From: Chrysemys picta bellii
Taxonomy: Eukaryota
Reading direction: 5' to 3'
NCBI RefSeq assembly: GCF_011386835.1
Contig: NC_088806.1
Span: 16,492,001 to 16,556,000 of the forward strand
DNA length: 64,000 nucleotides
In this document: piece by piece, positions 25,401 to 38,501 of the stretch
Position numbering within the stretch: the stretch's first letter is position 1
Layout: every line of letters starts with the position of its first letter
Notes under the pieces: generated by a model
Databases searched by the model: none
Told to the model about the DNA's origin: nothing
Seen by the model: only the letters and a program-made list of their open reading frames with translations
Made by a program: the position numbers and the translations under genes

Positions 25401-27386
25401 GCAACCGGTTCCTGTCCTTAACCATCACTGGGCCCTGCAAAGCAGCTCCAGTCTGTGCAGAGCTGCAACCACATTTCTCTTCTGCGGGACCTTTCAAAGT
25501 CCTTTTCCCTGGGAGGGAAGCATGAGGCTCGGCCTATTGTCTAACTTAGCAGTCTCTCTGCCTGCCTCTCAGAAGGGGCTACTGCCACTGGACGAGGGCA
25601 CATCCAGTGCAGAATGGGGCTCACGCAGCGGTGCATCAAATCATGGTGCCCAGCAGGGAAGGTTAAATATTGCAAGTCAACAGCAGGACAGGAAGCAAAG
25701 AGGAACTCGGTATCCAGCAGGGGGAATTCAGGGAGAGAGGACACAGTCCCCAAGTATCCCATTCCCCTGCGGACAATCCTACCACTGGATCTGCCAGATA
25801 CATGAACAGGGGGCAGCCCTGGCTCTCGCCCCTGTTTAGAAATGTCTCTGTGGTACGCCCAGCCACGATGGAGAATCTCGCAAGGCGCTGAGCCACATTG
25901 ACTCAGCTCCTTCGACAAGGGGACTTTTGCCAGTTATTTCCATAGCGTAGGATCGGGCTTCGAGTCCATGAGGGGCTCAGCGCCCCCGCAGGATCGGGCC
26001 ATGCACAAAGGTTGCTTTCATATCGCCTGGGAGCGGCTGGGGTTTGGAGGCTGCCTGCCGCAGCAGTAAACAAACTCGAGCTTCACCGGGCTCGGCGCTG
26101 ATTTAATAGCAAACAGACCGGGGAGCGCTGAACCGCGGAGCCACCTTGGATGCTGTCCGGCCAGCTGACTGCCGGTTTGCTCTTTGCGCCGCCAGGGAGC
26201 CGAGCTCGGCTCCAAGCATGCAAACCCAGACCCGGTTTCCCAGGTCACCGGCACACAAATATTTCCACTCGCCGTGCAGTCCCCCTGCACCGTGCAGTGG
26301 AAGCGACGGGCGGGGTGTGACCCCATGTCAAATGGCCAAGTCGGAGCGTTTCCAGAGTGGGCGGGGGGCTAGTGGGAAGAGGGAATGGGACGGGGGAGGA
26401 TTCGTGTTTCCAAACATTGCCGTTCCCATGGCCAGTCTTCATGGCAACCCCCTCACTCTTTGCAGAAGAAAAGACCCTCTGGTGGGGAATCTTTATAGAA
26501 AAGCATCAAAACTGGGGGGGGGTCCGAACTCCTGGGAAGGGGTAGGTGCAAAGAGGGAAGCTCTAAGGTGCGCCGGCTTCATACATGGTTCAGGGTCTTC
26601 CGGCTGGTTCCACATTTCACTGGTGGCAAAGAGCAGGAATAGATAGGAAAGTTTGCCAGCAGAGAAATCCGTCGCAGAGCTTCTAATAGCAGGGATTAGG
26701 CAGGTACAGGGGAGCTGCGGCAGCCCTTCAGAAGCAGAGAGAGGGAGTGTGCCTACATCAGGGGCCCACTGCAGCCAGGACTCAGGACTCCTAGGCTAAT
26801 TCCCAGCTCTGCCACCGACTCGCTGCATGTCCTGGGGCACAGCAGACTGTCACCATGCAGATGCGCTACAGGCTGTACCGAGGCATGCAGTAGTTTGGCC
26901 TAGTGGTCAGAGCATAGACCTGGCGATCAGGACGCCTGGGTTCTATTCCAGGCTGTGCGGTGGGTGACTCCACCTTGGGGAGATGTCGCAAAGGACTGCA
27001 GTATCGTGCGTTCATTTTTCCCTTTTACAGGTTGCATTCAAACACACTCTTGTTTTAAGAAAAAAGAGGATGCTTTGGAGGTGGAATTAGTCTGGGTCCC
27101 CCAGCATGGGACTAAATAGGTGCTCATTAGGAAGGTCTGTTATTTGGGTTAAACCCAAGAGCTAGAGGGGAAAGAAAAGCCAAGGTGGGATGCAAGTGTA
27201 ATAACCGACTCGTTCACACCTGGGGACTGAACCTGTGACCTCCAGACCTAAGAAGCAGGAGCCCTTACAGCTTGAGCCAGACATGGGAGGATGCCAGGCC
27301 TAGGGAGCAGCCAAACGCACGCTGATGGGAGGGTTACATAAGCAGGGTGGGACACTGGTGGGCCTGGAAGGTGGATTTGCTGCACT

Positions 27387-28204
27387 TAGGGTTGCCAACC
27401 CTCCCAGTCTCACAGGGAGTCTGCCTGATTCGGGCTGTATCTCCCGGAGGCTACTGAAGCCAAGCTGGGAGATTTTAGGGGGCTAAGGGTCCTGCGGCGC
27501 AGCAGACTAAGGCAGGCTCCCTGCCTACCCTGGCCTCAGGCGGCTCCTGGAAGCAGCTGGCATGTCCCTGCAGCCCCTGGGGTGGGCGCAGGTGGTCGCC
27601 ATGCGCTGCCCCCACCCTAAGCGCCGACTCTGCAGCTCCCATTGGCCAGGAACTGTGGCCAATGGCCGGGAACTGTGGCCAATGGGAGCTGCGGGGGCAG
27701 TGCCTGCAGGCAGGGGCAGTGCGCAGAGCCCTCCCCCCACCCCCCTAGGGGCCGCAGGGATGTGCTGGCCACTTCTGGGAGTGGCGCGGGGCAAGGCCAG
27801 GCAGGGAGCCTGCCTTAGCCCCATTGCACCGCTGACCAGGAGCCGCCTGCAATAAGTGCTGCCTGGCCAGAGCCCGCACCCCCCACCCCCTCCCACACCC
27901 CAACCCCCTGCCCCAGCCCTGAGCCTCCTCCTGGAGCCCGCACCCTGCACCTCCTCCGGCACCCCAACCCCCTGCCCCAGACTCAGCCTGGAGCCCCCTC
28001 CCACACTCTGGATCCCTCAGCCCCAGCCCAGAGCCTGCACCCCCTCACGCACCCCAACCCCCTGCCCCAGCCCAGTGAAAGTGAGTGAGGGTGGGGGAAA
28101 GCGAGCGACGGAGGGAGGGGGGATGGAGCGTGCGGGACAGGGCCTCAGGGAAGGGGCGGGGCAAGGGTGTTTGGGGTTGTGTGATTAGATAGTTGGGAAC
28201 CCTA
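27387..28204. mobile_element. Non-autonomous hAT (Tip100-like) element
   Basis: TIRs TAGGGTTGCCAAC / GTTGGGAACCCTA; 8-bp TSD GCTGCACT / GCTGCAGT (7 of 8 match); C-rich internal repeats. Confidence 0.85.
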
Positions 28205-29021
28205 GCTGCAGTTAGTCAGTGCAGATTTCTGAGAAGCGGGGAGTGGAGGGTAGAGGAGGGGAAGAGATGTGTGAGGTGTTCAAGGATCACCCAGTGTCTA
28301 GAGAGCTCTGCTTTGCTGGGTGTCTGGTTCCAACTGGCTGGGCTGTGCAGCGTAACAGCCAGCGCTTCACAGTGCCACACCCAAATTCTCTGCCTGGGGA
28401 GCTCAGCCCTTAAAGGCAGAGCCCCCAATACCACGATGATGGGGGGCCAATGACTACAGCAGGCTGGAGGCGGGGGGGAGCAGGCGGCTCCTGTGTGGAG
28501 AGGCTGCCGTGCCCCACTCCTCCGCAGCTGCAGGCTCTCCCCACGACAAGGGCCTGGGGCCCCTTTAACAACAGCACAATGGATCTTGCACTAAGCCAGT
28601 CCCGGCCTCTCCTGGGCTGGAGCCAGCCTCTTCCAGGGCCTCTCACTGGCCCGAGTGCGAGTTTACGAGCTGCTGGCTCTCCGGCGTGGCACGTTTGGGC
28701 GTGGAAAGAGGGCCGTTAGCGGGCAGGTGGCTCAGCCGCAACGGTAAATTAAATACCTCAGTTAGCTTTATAGGGTGGCTTTTCCTCCCTGGTTCTTAGG
28801 GGCTGCTTGGAGTTCGTGAAAAGCATCATTTAAAATAACCCCAAATGGGCAATTCGGGAGCTGCCGGGGAAGGGAACATGCTCCCTCGGATCTCACGAGC
28901 CGGACATTCGGAACAGTATTCCATTTGAACGATGCCTCCGGCTGGATAGCACTCAGGGTCTGCCTAGGGCCGCGCTTCCCAGCCAAGGCCATGGGGAGGG
29001 CACCTGCCAGGGTACTAGCAG

Positions 29022-29143
29022 TAGGGTGAGCAGACGTCCCGATTTTACAGGGACAGTCCCAATATTCTGGGCTTTGTCTTACATAGATACCTATTGTCCC
29101 CCACCCCATCCTGATTTTTCACACTTGCTCTCTGGTCACCCCA
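29022..29143. mobile_element. Short hAT MITE
   Basis: TIRs TAGGGTGAGCAGA / TCTGGTCACCCCA. Confidence 0.7.
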
Positions 29144-30361
29144 CTAGTGAGTCCCACTCACATAATACTGGGGTCTCAAAACTAACAGGAGTAGCGAGGG
29201 GGAGGAACGGGGGAGCACCTGGTGCTGCAAGGCCTCTCTGAGCAGGCTTAGCTGCACGTAAAGGCCAGCTGGGAAGGTGAGGGGCTTTGGTTCTCTCTCC
29301 CCCAGAGTTAAAGCCCTCTGAATGGAGCCACAGTTCACAGCAGATGTACATTCGTCACTAGCCACATTGAGCTTTCACTCTCTGGGAAGTGGGAAGGATG
29401 ATAATCCAGCTGTCAGCTAGCCCAAGGGAACCAACAGAAGCTTGAGAGCTGGGAGAATGTCTCCGTAATGGCCCCCCATTTTTAATTCCTTCACTAATTA
29501 ACAGATTTACTAGAACATGCCCAGAAAATTCAATCTTAACTCGCAGATTATGTGCTGCAAGTTTGGGGAAGATCCTCAATATTCTTCGTACAAATCAAAG
29601 ATGTTGAATCCCTCCTTTAAGTGCCAAATAGAACCCATCCCGTATAGAGGGGCATTACCATGTGTCTTTAATTCTATGGTCTCTTCAAGTGATTTTTATG
29701 CGGGCCATTGGTTTTGTGGCTGTTAAATTTCCCTTCCGAGAGGTGGGGTTTAGAATTGGACTGGAACACGGAAGTGGCTCCGAATGAAGCTGGCAGATAC
29801 CGTGTAACCTTGAGCTTGGTACATGAGATCATCGCTGAAGCTTTCCAGAGGGTGTCCCAGTGATCTGCATATCTACCTCAATAGCAAGCTCAGTGCTTTA
29901 AGGAGCTCCTGGAACACGGGAGCGTCAATTTCTTCTTCCACAATTCCTTCCCTTTGTACCAAAGAAAACTGAATGAGGTTTGATGCATTTGGTTTTGAGG
30001 TTTGGGGATGCCATTTATGTCACTTAACGGCACTGTGAACAGAAGGACGCTCCTGCAAGAAGGGCATCGGTAATAGCATTCAGAGCTGGATCAAGAGTGG
30101 GGTTTGGATTTTTTTTTTTTTTTTTTTTGAAACACACTCAAGTGCAGAAGCCTTGGGTTGAGGTTTCCTGTTCCCCTTGTGGTGAAAAGACAGGCCTGTA
30201 GTGAATAGAAAAGGGATCTTTTTAAGGCTGCTGAATAGGGACAGATCCTGTGGTGCCTGCTGGCTCCCAGACTAACACAGCCTGTTCTAGTGTAATCTCA
30301 CATGGCATCTTCCTCAGTCCTGGAACGGAGAGCCTGTAACACCACACAGTTCATCTCTAGT

Positions 30362-30735
30362 ATTCACAGATTCCAAGGCCAGAAGGGACCATTGTGATCA
30401 TCTAGTCTGATCCCCTGTATAACAAAGGCCAAAGAACTGCCTAAAGAACTGCTTCGGCTTCCACCCACTGGATCGTGTTATGCCTTTCTCGGCTAGACCG
30501 AAGAGCCCATTAAGTACTTTTCCCCATGTAGGTACTTACAGACTGCGATCAAGTCACCCCTTAACCTTCTCTTTCTTAAGCTACATAGATTGAGCTCTTT
30601 GAGTCTCTCACTACAAGGGAGGCTTTCTCATCGTTTAATCATTCTCGTGGCTCTTCTCTGAACCTCCCCAGTTTATCAACATCCTTCTTGACTTGTGGGC
30701 AGCACAGCTGGGCACAGGATTCCAGCAGGGGTTGC
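30362..30735 (-). mobile_element. CR1 LINE 3' fragment
   Basis: Reverse-complement CR1 end (GATTCCAAGGCCAGAAGGGACCATTGTGATCATCTAG) followed by ORF2 C-terminal sequence. Confidence 0.8.
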
Positions 30736-33063
30736 ATCAGTGCTTCTGGCAAATGATGTGTCCTGCCCATCCTTTCTCTCTAGAGCCTGCTACTCCAGAA
30801 GTGTATCCTCCCAGAATGCCAAGCGAGGTGGGCTAGTACTCTTCATCCAGACTGCCACAGCAGAGAAGGGGCTTCCCTCCCAGAGGGAAAAGACTTCGCA
30901 GAATAATTTTCAAACAAAGGTTTAAAAGATAATCTCACAATCCTGGGCCTCACTCCTACAGTCAGATCTGTGCCTGTGCCAAACCCCACTAGCTCCAGAT
31001 AGGGACTGGGGGCCGGCCACATGGGTTTGATTGCAAGAGTGGGGCCTTTAGGTCACTTGAAGATATATCCCCCAAAGAAACAGTAGGGTCTGGCCCATGG
31101 TTCCCTCCCCCCATGATTTTTCCTGCTTGTGCAGTTTGCCTCAAAATGGCCATAGTCCAGAGACATCAGAATTGAAGATGGGCCCCATCTCCCCATTAGT
31201 GGGAAATCCTCATCCCCGTGTCTCAATGGGACCTTGGATGGGAAAACATTAAACTCAGCACTAGATGACTGGTTGCTTCCAAGGTCAATCTTGGATCAAG
31301 TCCGCCATCTGCTGGTGAGAAAGAGCCGGCTCCTCGCTGGAATGGTTCCCTGCTAATAGACTCCGGTATCATTCCTGAGGCTTGAAACTGGGTAATGACT
31401 AAAACCCACATGAAAGCTCGAAAAATAATATTTAGGATTGTGACCACAGTCCTGCCCCCGGGCCATAACATCGCAGTCAGCTGGGTTCCCTTTTCGCAAG
31501 AGATAATGAAAACCTCATTGGTATTATCTCCAGTAAGAAATCTTCCGAAAAGCTTGCAGCTGGAAATCCGGGCACAGGATCGCCCAGGACTTTGAATTCT
31601 AAAGCAGCAGAGAGAAGAAATAAACTTCATTATAGAACGTTAAGGGACGTTGGGGTTCTGGAACGAAAACAGCTTGAATGGAGACAGCTGAGCACTGTGA
31701 TGTGCCGCATAAGTCTCTCAGGAGATCGGCCCGTCTTTCCACTCATGAGGAGAGGACTGTCCCTTGGAAAGGGCTCGCTTTCCGATTTGATCCCAGGCCT
31801 GATCTTGTGTTATTGTGGCTTCCGTTTACCTGGGGAGCAATCTCAAGAACATGCAGGGTGGGATGCAAGGCAGAAGGCTTCATGAACAGAACCACGAGTC
31901 ACCTAACACTAGAGCTTTCAAATGGATTTTAAAAAACACAGATGGCTTAAAACTCAGATCTCTCACTATGCTCCCATTAGGGATTCTGGACAGAGATCCC
32001 TCACCCTCCTTCACACATCAAATTCTCACCTCATTTGCGCAATCACTTTCCCATAGCCCCATGCAAAGTCTTCTCAGACCATCTCCCAGTGGCCAGTGCA
32101 AGATTGTCCCCTACAGTCCATAGCATGCTTTGGCCAGTCTAACTTTAAATATTCCAAGTAGCACTGGTCAAACTATTCATTATGAATAAGGCTCTATGTT
32201 AGTCACGGAGGTCACAGAAGTTACGGATTCCATGACGTTCTGGGACCTCCATGACTTCTGCAGCGGCTGGTGCGCCTGGTCTGGGGGCAACCTGAGCAGC
32301 TCGGGAAGCTCTCGGGCCAGGCACACCGGCCGCTGCTGGGGCACTCTTGGGGGGCCCCCTTTTCCCCCCCAGCAGCAGGAGTTTGGGTGTGGAGGGGCTC
32401 AGGGCTGGGGTGCAGAGTGGTGCTTACCTGGATGTGGGACAGGAACTCCCCTCCTTCAGCTAGCTCCACGTGCTGCTTCAGCTCACAGGCACCGACCCTG
32501 CAGCGCCCATTGGCCATGGTAACTGCTTGCAGAGTTTGCCTGAAACACCCCACCCTGTTAGCAGGTGCTGATACTGCTGAATAGCAGAATCCACTTAACC
32601 CTGACTCCCTGTAGCAGATGTCCCAATTCAATATAAGGCAGGGACTCTTTGGGGAGAGAGGACCTAGAGTGTTGGCTGAGCAGGCCTGAGGGAGGAGCCC
32701 TAAGAGTAGCTCAACCTGGGGAGAAAATTTGAGCTGCTCTTGATTGTTTTGGTTGCTAATAAAGCCAAAGCCCAGGAAGGGGGCTGGATTTTGTGAAACA
32801 GGTTGGGACAGGCACCCACTTACATATCAATTAAGAATGTTGCCTTTTTAGCTCCATAAGCATTTGCATATTGATACTAATCTCTTTGAATGTGTTTGCT
32901 GCTCTTAAGTATTTGCCGCTTATAGCTGAGATGAATAATTTTCAGGCTACAAGCTGCTTGGACACTGTTCACTTCTGTGACACCGTATGGAATTAGAGGA
33001 ACACTTTGTGATGTTATTGATATCAATATTATAAAATTGCAAGGAATCGGACCAGATCTGCCG

Positions 33064-34061
33064 TGTAAGGTATCTGCGGAAATGTTATCATTGGCCAAGT
33101 AGGATAATCTTGTTTCTATGTTTGTATCACCTTTGTATTGTGATTTAGAGATATGTAGGGTTTATCTGTATTTCCAAACTTGTGCTGTGTTTCTGGGTGA
33201 CTCCCCCGGACAGATTGGCATCAGCACTGCCTAGCCTGTTCGATGGCCCATCAAGAGTCATCAGCAGTACAATGAACCCATGGAAAGGAGCCAGAGGATA
33301 CACCTTATGAGTCAGCAAGGCACGTGGCATGTCGGTGGACAGAGAACTCTAAGGCTTTTGCATGCCATGTGCTGAGAAGCTTGTGTTTGGGACACAGGAA
33401 GTACAAGCCACATTGCAAAAGACTATAAAAGGCAGCTACATCTTCTCCATTTTGCCTTCATTCCTGCTTTTTACCTCTGGAGTGACTTTTCTACAAACGA
33501 AGCTCTGAACAAAGGACTGAATAACCCATCCAAGCTGCAGATGTTGTCTAGAGGGACTTTCAAGCCAGCAACTCACCAATACTGCTAAAAACCTGATATA
33601 TGAATTTTGAAGTCTCTGTATGTATCTGACTACTTTACCATTTAACAACTCTTCTTCTTCCTTCTTTTTTCTTTATAATAAACCTTTAGTATTAGACACT
33701 AAAGGATTGGCTGGCAGGGTGGGATTTGGGGTAAGATCCAAACTAATACTGACCTGGTAATGTGGCTGACTCTTTGGGGTTCAGAAGAACATGTTGTATA
33801 GTGAACAGAGTTTTTAAATAATTTCTCACTATACTGGACCTAGGTGCTGATTGGGAGCCAGAGGACTGGAATGCAATAAAGGGGGCTGTGTGATTTCTTT
33901 TTTCAGCTTCTTGATAACCAGTGTGGGGGATCAGAAGCACAGTTTATGACTGGTTGGTAAGTTTAACTTCAGTGTTAACCATCAGTTTTGGGAGTATCTG
34001 CGCTCCTTTTTGCAGCCTGTCCTGACCTTGGCATTTTCAGTGAGGGCCACCCCAGGCCACA
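33064..34061 (+). mobile_element. Probable solo LTR
   Basis: Block of about 1 kb from TGTAAGG to CCACA, with internal TATAAAA and AATAAA; no TSD confirmed. Confidence 0.55.
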
Positions 34062-37000
34062 ACTTCCACTACTCCCTAGACATTGTTCTCACTGGGTGGC
34101 TGGTCAACTAAGTCACATGGTCTTGTTTCTGATCTCTGATTGGATGACTGGAATCTTTTCAACTGGAGAACAAATAGTTATAATGCTCTTTCTGCTATGA
34201 CTTTTCAATGCAAGCATCAAGAGTGTCAAAATCTGCAACGTTTTCAGGATTCACAAACACTTTCACAGAGGCCCAGCAGTTGCCTGGGTACGCGTCATAA
34301 CATGGCATCACCAATCAGAACAAGCTGAACGCACTGCTTTTACTTGCAAAGCTGGTTTTCTTTAGCTTTTTGAGCAACTCTCGACCCAAGCAATGGGGCT
34401 TCAACCATTTCCCTTAGGAAACATCACCGCTGCGTGATGGATCCTCCAGGCGGGAAGACAGAATTTTCAGGGGATTGCACTGAGATCAGGTCTGTGGGAT
34501 GGTTATTAAATGCCACAAACTATCAGCCTCTTTCAGGTGCTCCCTAGGGCTTGTGTTTGCAAAAGCCAAGGCAGGAGAAGACTTCAAGCAGGTATGAACC
34601 ATGTCGTCAATGCACGGCCCATCTCCTGACGGGCTCCCTTTGCTCCCACTGCTATCCTAAGAGGCAGCCAGAGTGTAATATTGGGTTGCTCAGGGCGAGT
34701 ATACCAAACCCCTAAGGTGCCAGTAGCGTGCCCACTGTACCTGAAGGCACCTCAGCTGTACCTGGGGATGCATGCCCTCCTGGCCCCAGTAACCACTCAG
34801 ACGCATGGCAAAGGGAAAGGGTTTCCCTGTGGCTGGCAGGAAAAGGGAAGGTGGCAGATACGCTGGGTACAGAGGTGTAGACAGTCACAGTTCAAAGTGA
34901 GCAACAGTGGTTCCTGTTCGGGCCCTGGGGCAGTCCCATCGAGTCAGGGCTCTTCAGACCCAGTGCCAGGGGTGCCCTCTCCAGTCCAGTCTCTATTCCA
35001 GCAAATAGGAGCTTGCAGGTTCCCAGGCCAGGCTGAGTCAGTGTCTCTCACTGGGGTTCCCCTGCACTGGCACCCAACCTAGCCGTTGCTGCTCTCCATA
35101 AGCCCAACAGAGACCTGCACCCAGCTGTAATGACTGGTAGTCACAGCCTGTTCCACACACAGCTCTGTGCACAGTTCCTGACCTTCCATTCTGCATCCGT
35201 TTTCTCTGCAGCTCCTGGCTTGCCATGCGGCCACAACTTCCCACAGAGCCCAGTGGGTCACTGCCTGGTTCAGGACCTTTCCCCCTACCTGGCCGTGAGG
35301 AAGGGGATGCACCATGGGGAGGAGGCTGATGGGAGTTTTAGGCCCCTGCTTAGCAAATCCATCACAAGGCTCAGAGCGAAGGCCCCCGAGCAGATCACAA
35401 GGATCCAACGTGAACCTGCCAAATTGCCTTTAAGAGACAGACACCGTCTATGCATTATGAGCCCTGAAACCTGCCAACAGGACGGAGCCCCTCGCACACG
35501 GCGCAAAGAGCCGCAACCCCCAACCTCTGCCCAGCCCACGCTCAGCTCGGCTCTGCTCCCTGCGCCAGGAGATGGAACACGGCGCTCTGGATCCACCCAC
35601 CAGAGCCCGTCGCGCCCGGCTGGAAGTGACACAGCAGGAGGATGTGCTAGGAGCGTGGGTGACAGCTGGTGGGAGTATGTTTAGCCCTGCAGCAGGGACA
35701 GCGCCGGATCAGACGGAGCTGATTTGTTCGGAGATAGAGACTGCGGCTTGGCACGCGCAAATCATGTTGAAGAATCAAAGCTCTGAAGCGCTGAGTGGAG
35801 CCAACAGCAGGAAATGAATCTGACTGGTCCTGTCTGTGCTGCTCAAGGGCCAAACCCACCCACACAAGCCTTTCAAATCCCTTGGTGTGCGCTCAGCACA
35901 TCACCAGCTGTGCCTGGCCCCCATGCAGCATCCCTCCCCTTGCCAGCACAGACACCCTACAGCCCAGGCTAACGCGAACTCTCAATGCCAACCTTGGCAA
36001 CATCGCTGTTTGCCAGGGGCACATGCCCGGGCTAGGGGTAGGAATGGCGAAAGGTACACGGGGGAAGCCTAACATCAGCCTCCCAGACCAGAACAACGAG
36101 CACTGGAATCCACTCACCCGCATCTGTCATTACGCGCTGCAAAGGGAACGTAGGTGCTTGTTCCAGCCAGGCCAGCACCACGCTACATGGAGTCTGCAGC
36201 ACCACACAAGTGTGGATCACAGTGTCAGTTCTCTGCGTGACGCTCATGCAGGCATCTCTGCCTAACTAGAGACCCTTCCTGCTTATACCAGCTTAGCTTT
36301 CCAGGATTAATGAGAGCCTGCTACCGACCGACTCACTGTTAGAGGCCCCCTGTTAACTGGGGTTGCAGGGATTAGTGTGTTCAGTACAGGAGTTTTGGGT
36401 CCCCACTGATGACTTTGCTGTCTCTATGGTATACGGCCTCTGTTTATTGCACCAGTAAAGCAGAGGTGCCTGGAGCCAGGCTCTCAGACACCAGAGCTGC
36501 CAACTTCCACCAGAGCTGTGCTATGCCCCAGCCTTTAACCAGTCCGTTGGGGGTTCCCCTTCAGCGTGCCAGACCCCCAAGGGGTCCACTCTTCCTCATG
36601 GCCTCAACGCCTCCAAGACCAAGCCTCTGGGCTCCAGCTTCTCACTCTGAGCTCTGCCCAACAAGTCCAATGGAGGTAGACGCCCGGTCACCCTCTCTAG
36701 GGATCAATGCTCCTCAGCAAGTATTTCAGCCTTTTCCAAACACAGGAGGTTTATTAGTCAACAGGAAATCCTTAGGCTAGCCCAGACGGCCCAGACCGGC
36801 CAATGCCAGGGCTCCACCTAGCCAAGCTGCTGTACAGTCCATCCTGGCTTACTCTGACTGTCAGTTCCAGGTGAGAGCTGGACGCCTGACACCTCTCCTC
36901 CATGGCCCTCCTCCAGTAGAGCCATGTTGGATTCACACGATTGGCCTGCCTGCTGGAGTTTCCACTGTTAGGTGTCCAGGGTTCAGGCAATCTCTCTGCT

Positions 37001-38113
37001 CTCCTGCCCGGGAGCAGCACTTTAACCCTTCTGTACCCACTGGGTAGCCCTGCCAAGAGGATTGGTACAGAGCCCGCCCGCTGGCTCATCGAAACGCTAC
37101 TGAGAATTCTCACATTCGTCACAGCATCGCATGGAAATGACACAACGAGCTAATAGGGTGCCTGACAGCCAATGAGAACGAGGCTTTGGACTGCTGCATT
37201 CGAAGCCTGGATTCCTGTCCTAGCTTTGCATCGAATGACCCTGTGCAGCTTCTCCATTACATACGCTATCAAATGGGGGGACGATAGTTGATTCTGCTAG
37301 TTCAGAAGGCTGAGCAGGGCACTACCCTAGGATGGGAAAGAGCTGGGTTTTGTTCCCTGCTCTGCCACAGATGTCCCATGTGCGCCTGGGCAGTCATCTA
37401 GGCTCTCGGTGCCTCCGTTCCCTGCCCATAAAATGGGGCAAGCAGCTCGGTGCTAGTTCACAGGGGGACACTCCGGATAAATACATTAAAACCTCAGGCG
37501 CTCAGACACTCCAGGAATGGGGCCAGGTAGGTCTGATTTCTAGATGAGGTGGGGGACACAGGCAGAGAAAGATTAAGAGCACTCTGGGGAATTGCTGGGA
37601 CTCGCACGCGTGGCCCGGTAGCGTGCAGCACAGCGCACAAGCCCTAGTGCTACAGAGCCCGGTGAAAAGACTGTGCAAATCCCTAGTCCATTTCCCCTGA
37701 GCCCCATGGCGCACCTGCCAAATGCCAGAGCGTCACATGAAACCCAGACTGTGGCCGGTCTGGGGGGCATGTGCGCCCAGAGGAGAGCTACCGAGGGAAG
37801 GGGCGTCGTGAAGGTCAGGACCTGCTCTTACAGCCATGTTTTGTGAATACTATCTGGGCAGGGCCATCCTGGCATCTTCCTTTGTGTCGTCGAGTTAGGG
37901 GGTCCCCTCTCTGGTTCTCCTCTGCTTCCACCTGTAATGTTAGGGGCTGCAATTTCCTTCCTCCTAACTCCCATAAAAGTCCCTTTGGTACAGGGCATGG
38001 CTCTCTGCTTGCGGGTGAGCAATGGGGCTGGTGAGGGCAAACACTCATGGATGCAGACGCGTGCGAGCCTGTGAGCGTGCAGTTTTGGGAACACATTTAT
38101 TAGCTGCACAGAA

Positions 38114-38114
<1 letters not shown>

Positions 38115-38146
<32 letters not shown>
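38115..38146. repeat. Compound (CT)n(CA)n microsatellite at the upstream edge of the A/B homology
   Basis: TCTCTCTCTCTCTCACACACACACACACAC read directly. Confidence 0.9.
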
Positions 38147-38287
38147 GAACCAACAGGCCAACTGAGATCTCCACAGTGACACAGAAACAGGTCTCACCCC
38201 TCATTCCCAGCAGCCGTGGCATTTTGCCACTTCCCCACACACACACGCTTGTGCCTTTGGGGGAGGCAGGGCTGGGGAGTCGCCTGC

Positions 38288-38383
38288 CAGAGCCGCTCAC
38301 CTGGGCAGGGAACGTTCTGCTCCGGGCTGCACGGTGACCATTAGATTGTAATTAGTAATTATCCCAGTCCCCGGGGATATAAA
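38288..38383 (+). promoter_or_regulatory. Gene A proximal promoter: conserved CACCTG-containing element, TAAT-rich tract, TATA box
   Basis: CAGAGCCGCTCACCTGGGCAGGG, then TGACCATTAGATTGTAATTAGTAATTA, then TATAAA at 38378. Homologous blocks lie upstream of B, C and D. Confidence 0.75.
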
Positions 38384-38501
38384 TATGGCTCAGTCCTCCC
38401 CCGGGAGCCAGTGCACCAGGTTTGCAGCCCCTGTGCCGCTCCTCACTCGCCTGACACGACCACACGGCTCCCCCCTCAGCTCGGCAGAGAGAAAACTAAA
38501 G

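Noticed and set aside
34060-35000. Expected fifth, D-like gene on the minus strand if the whole C-D pair had been duplicated
   Set aside because: I read the minus strand and found no MNK exon, TATA module or Cys-rich exon.
38308-38319. GAACGTTC heat-shock-like element in A and B promoters
   Set aside because: Only two nGAAn units, and it is not conserved in C or D.
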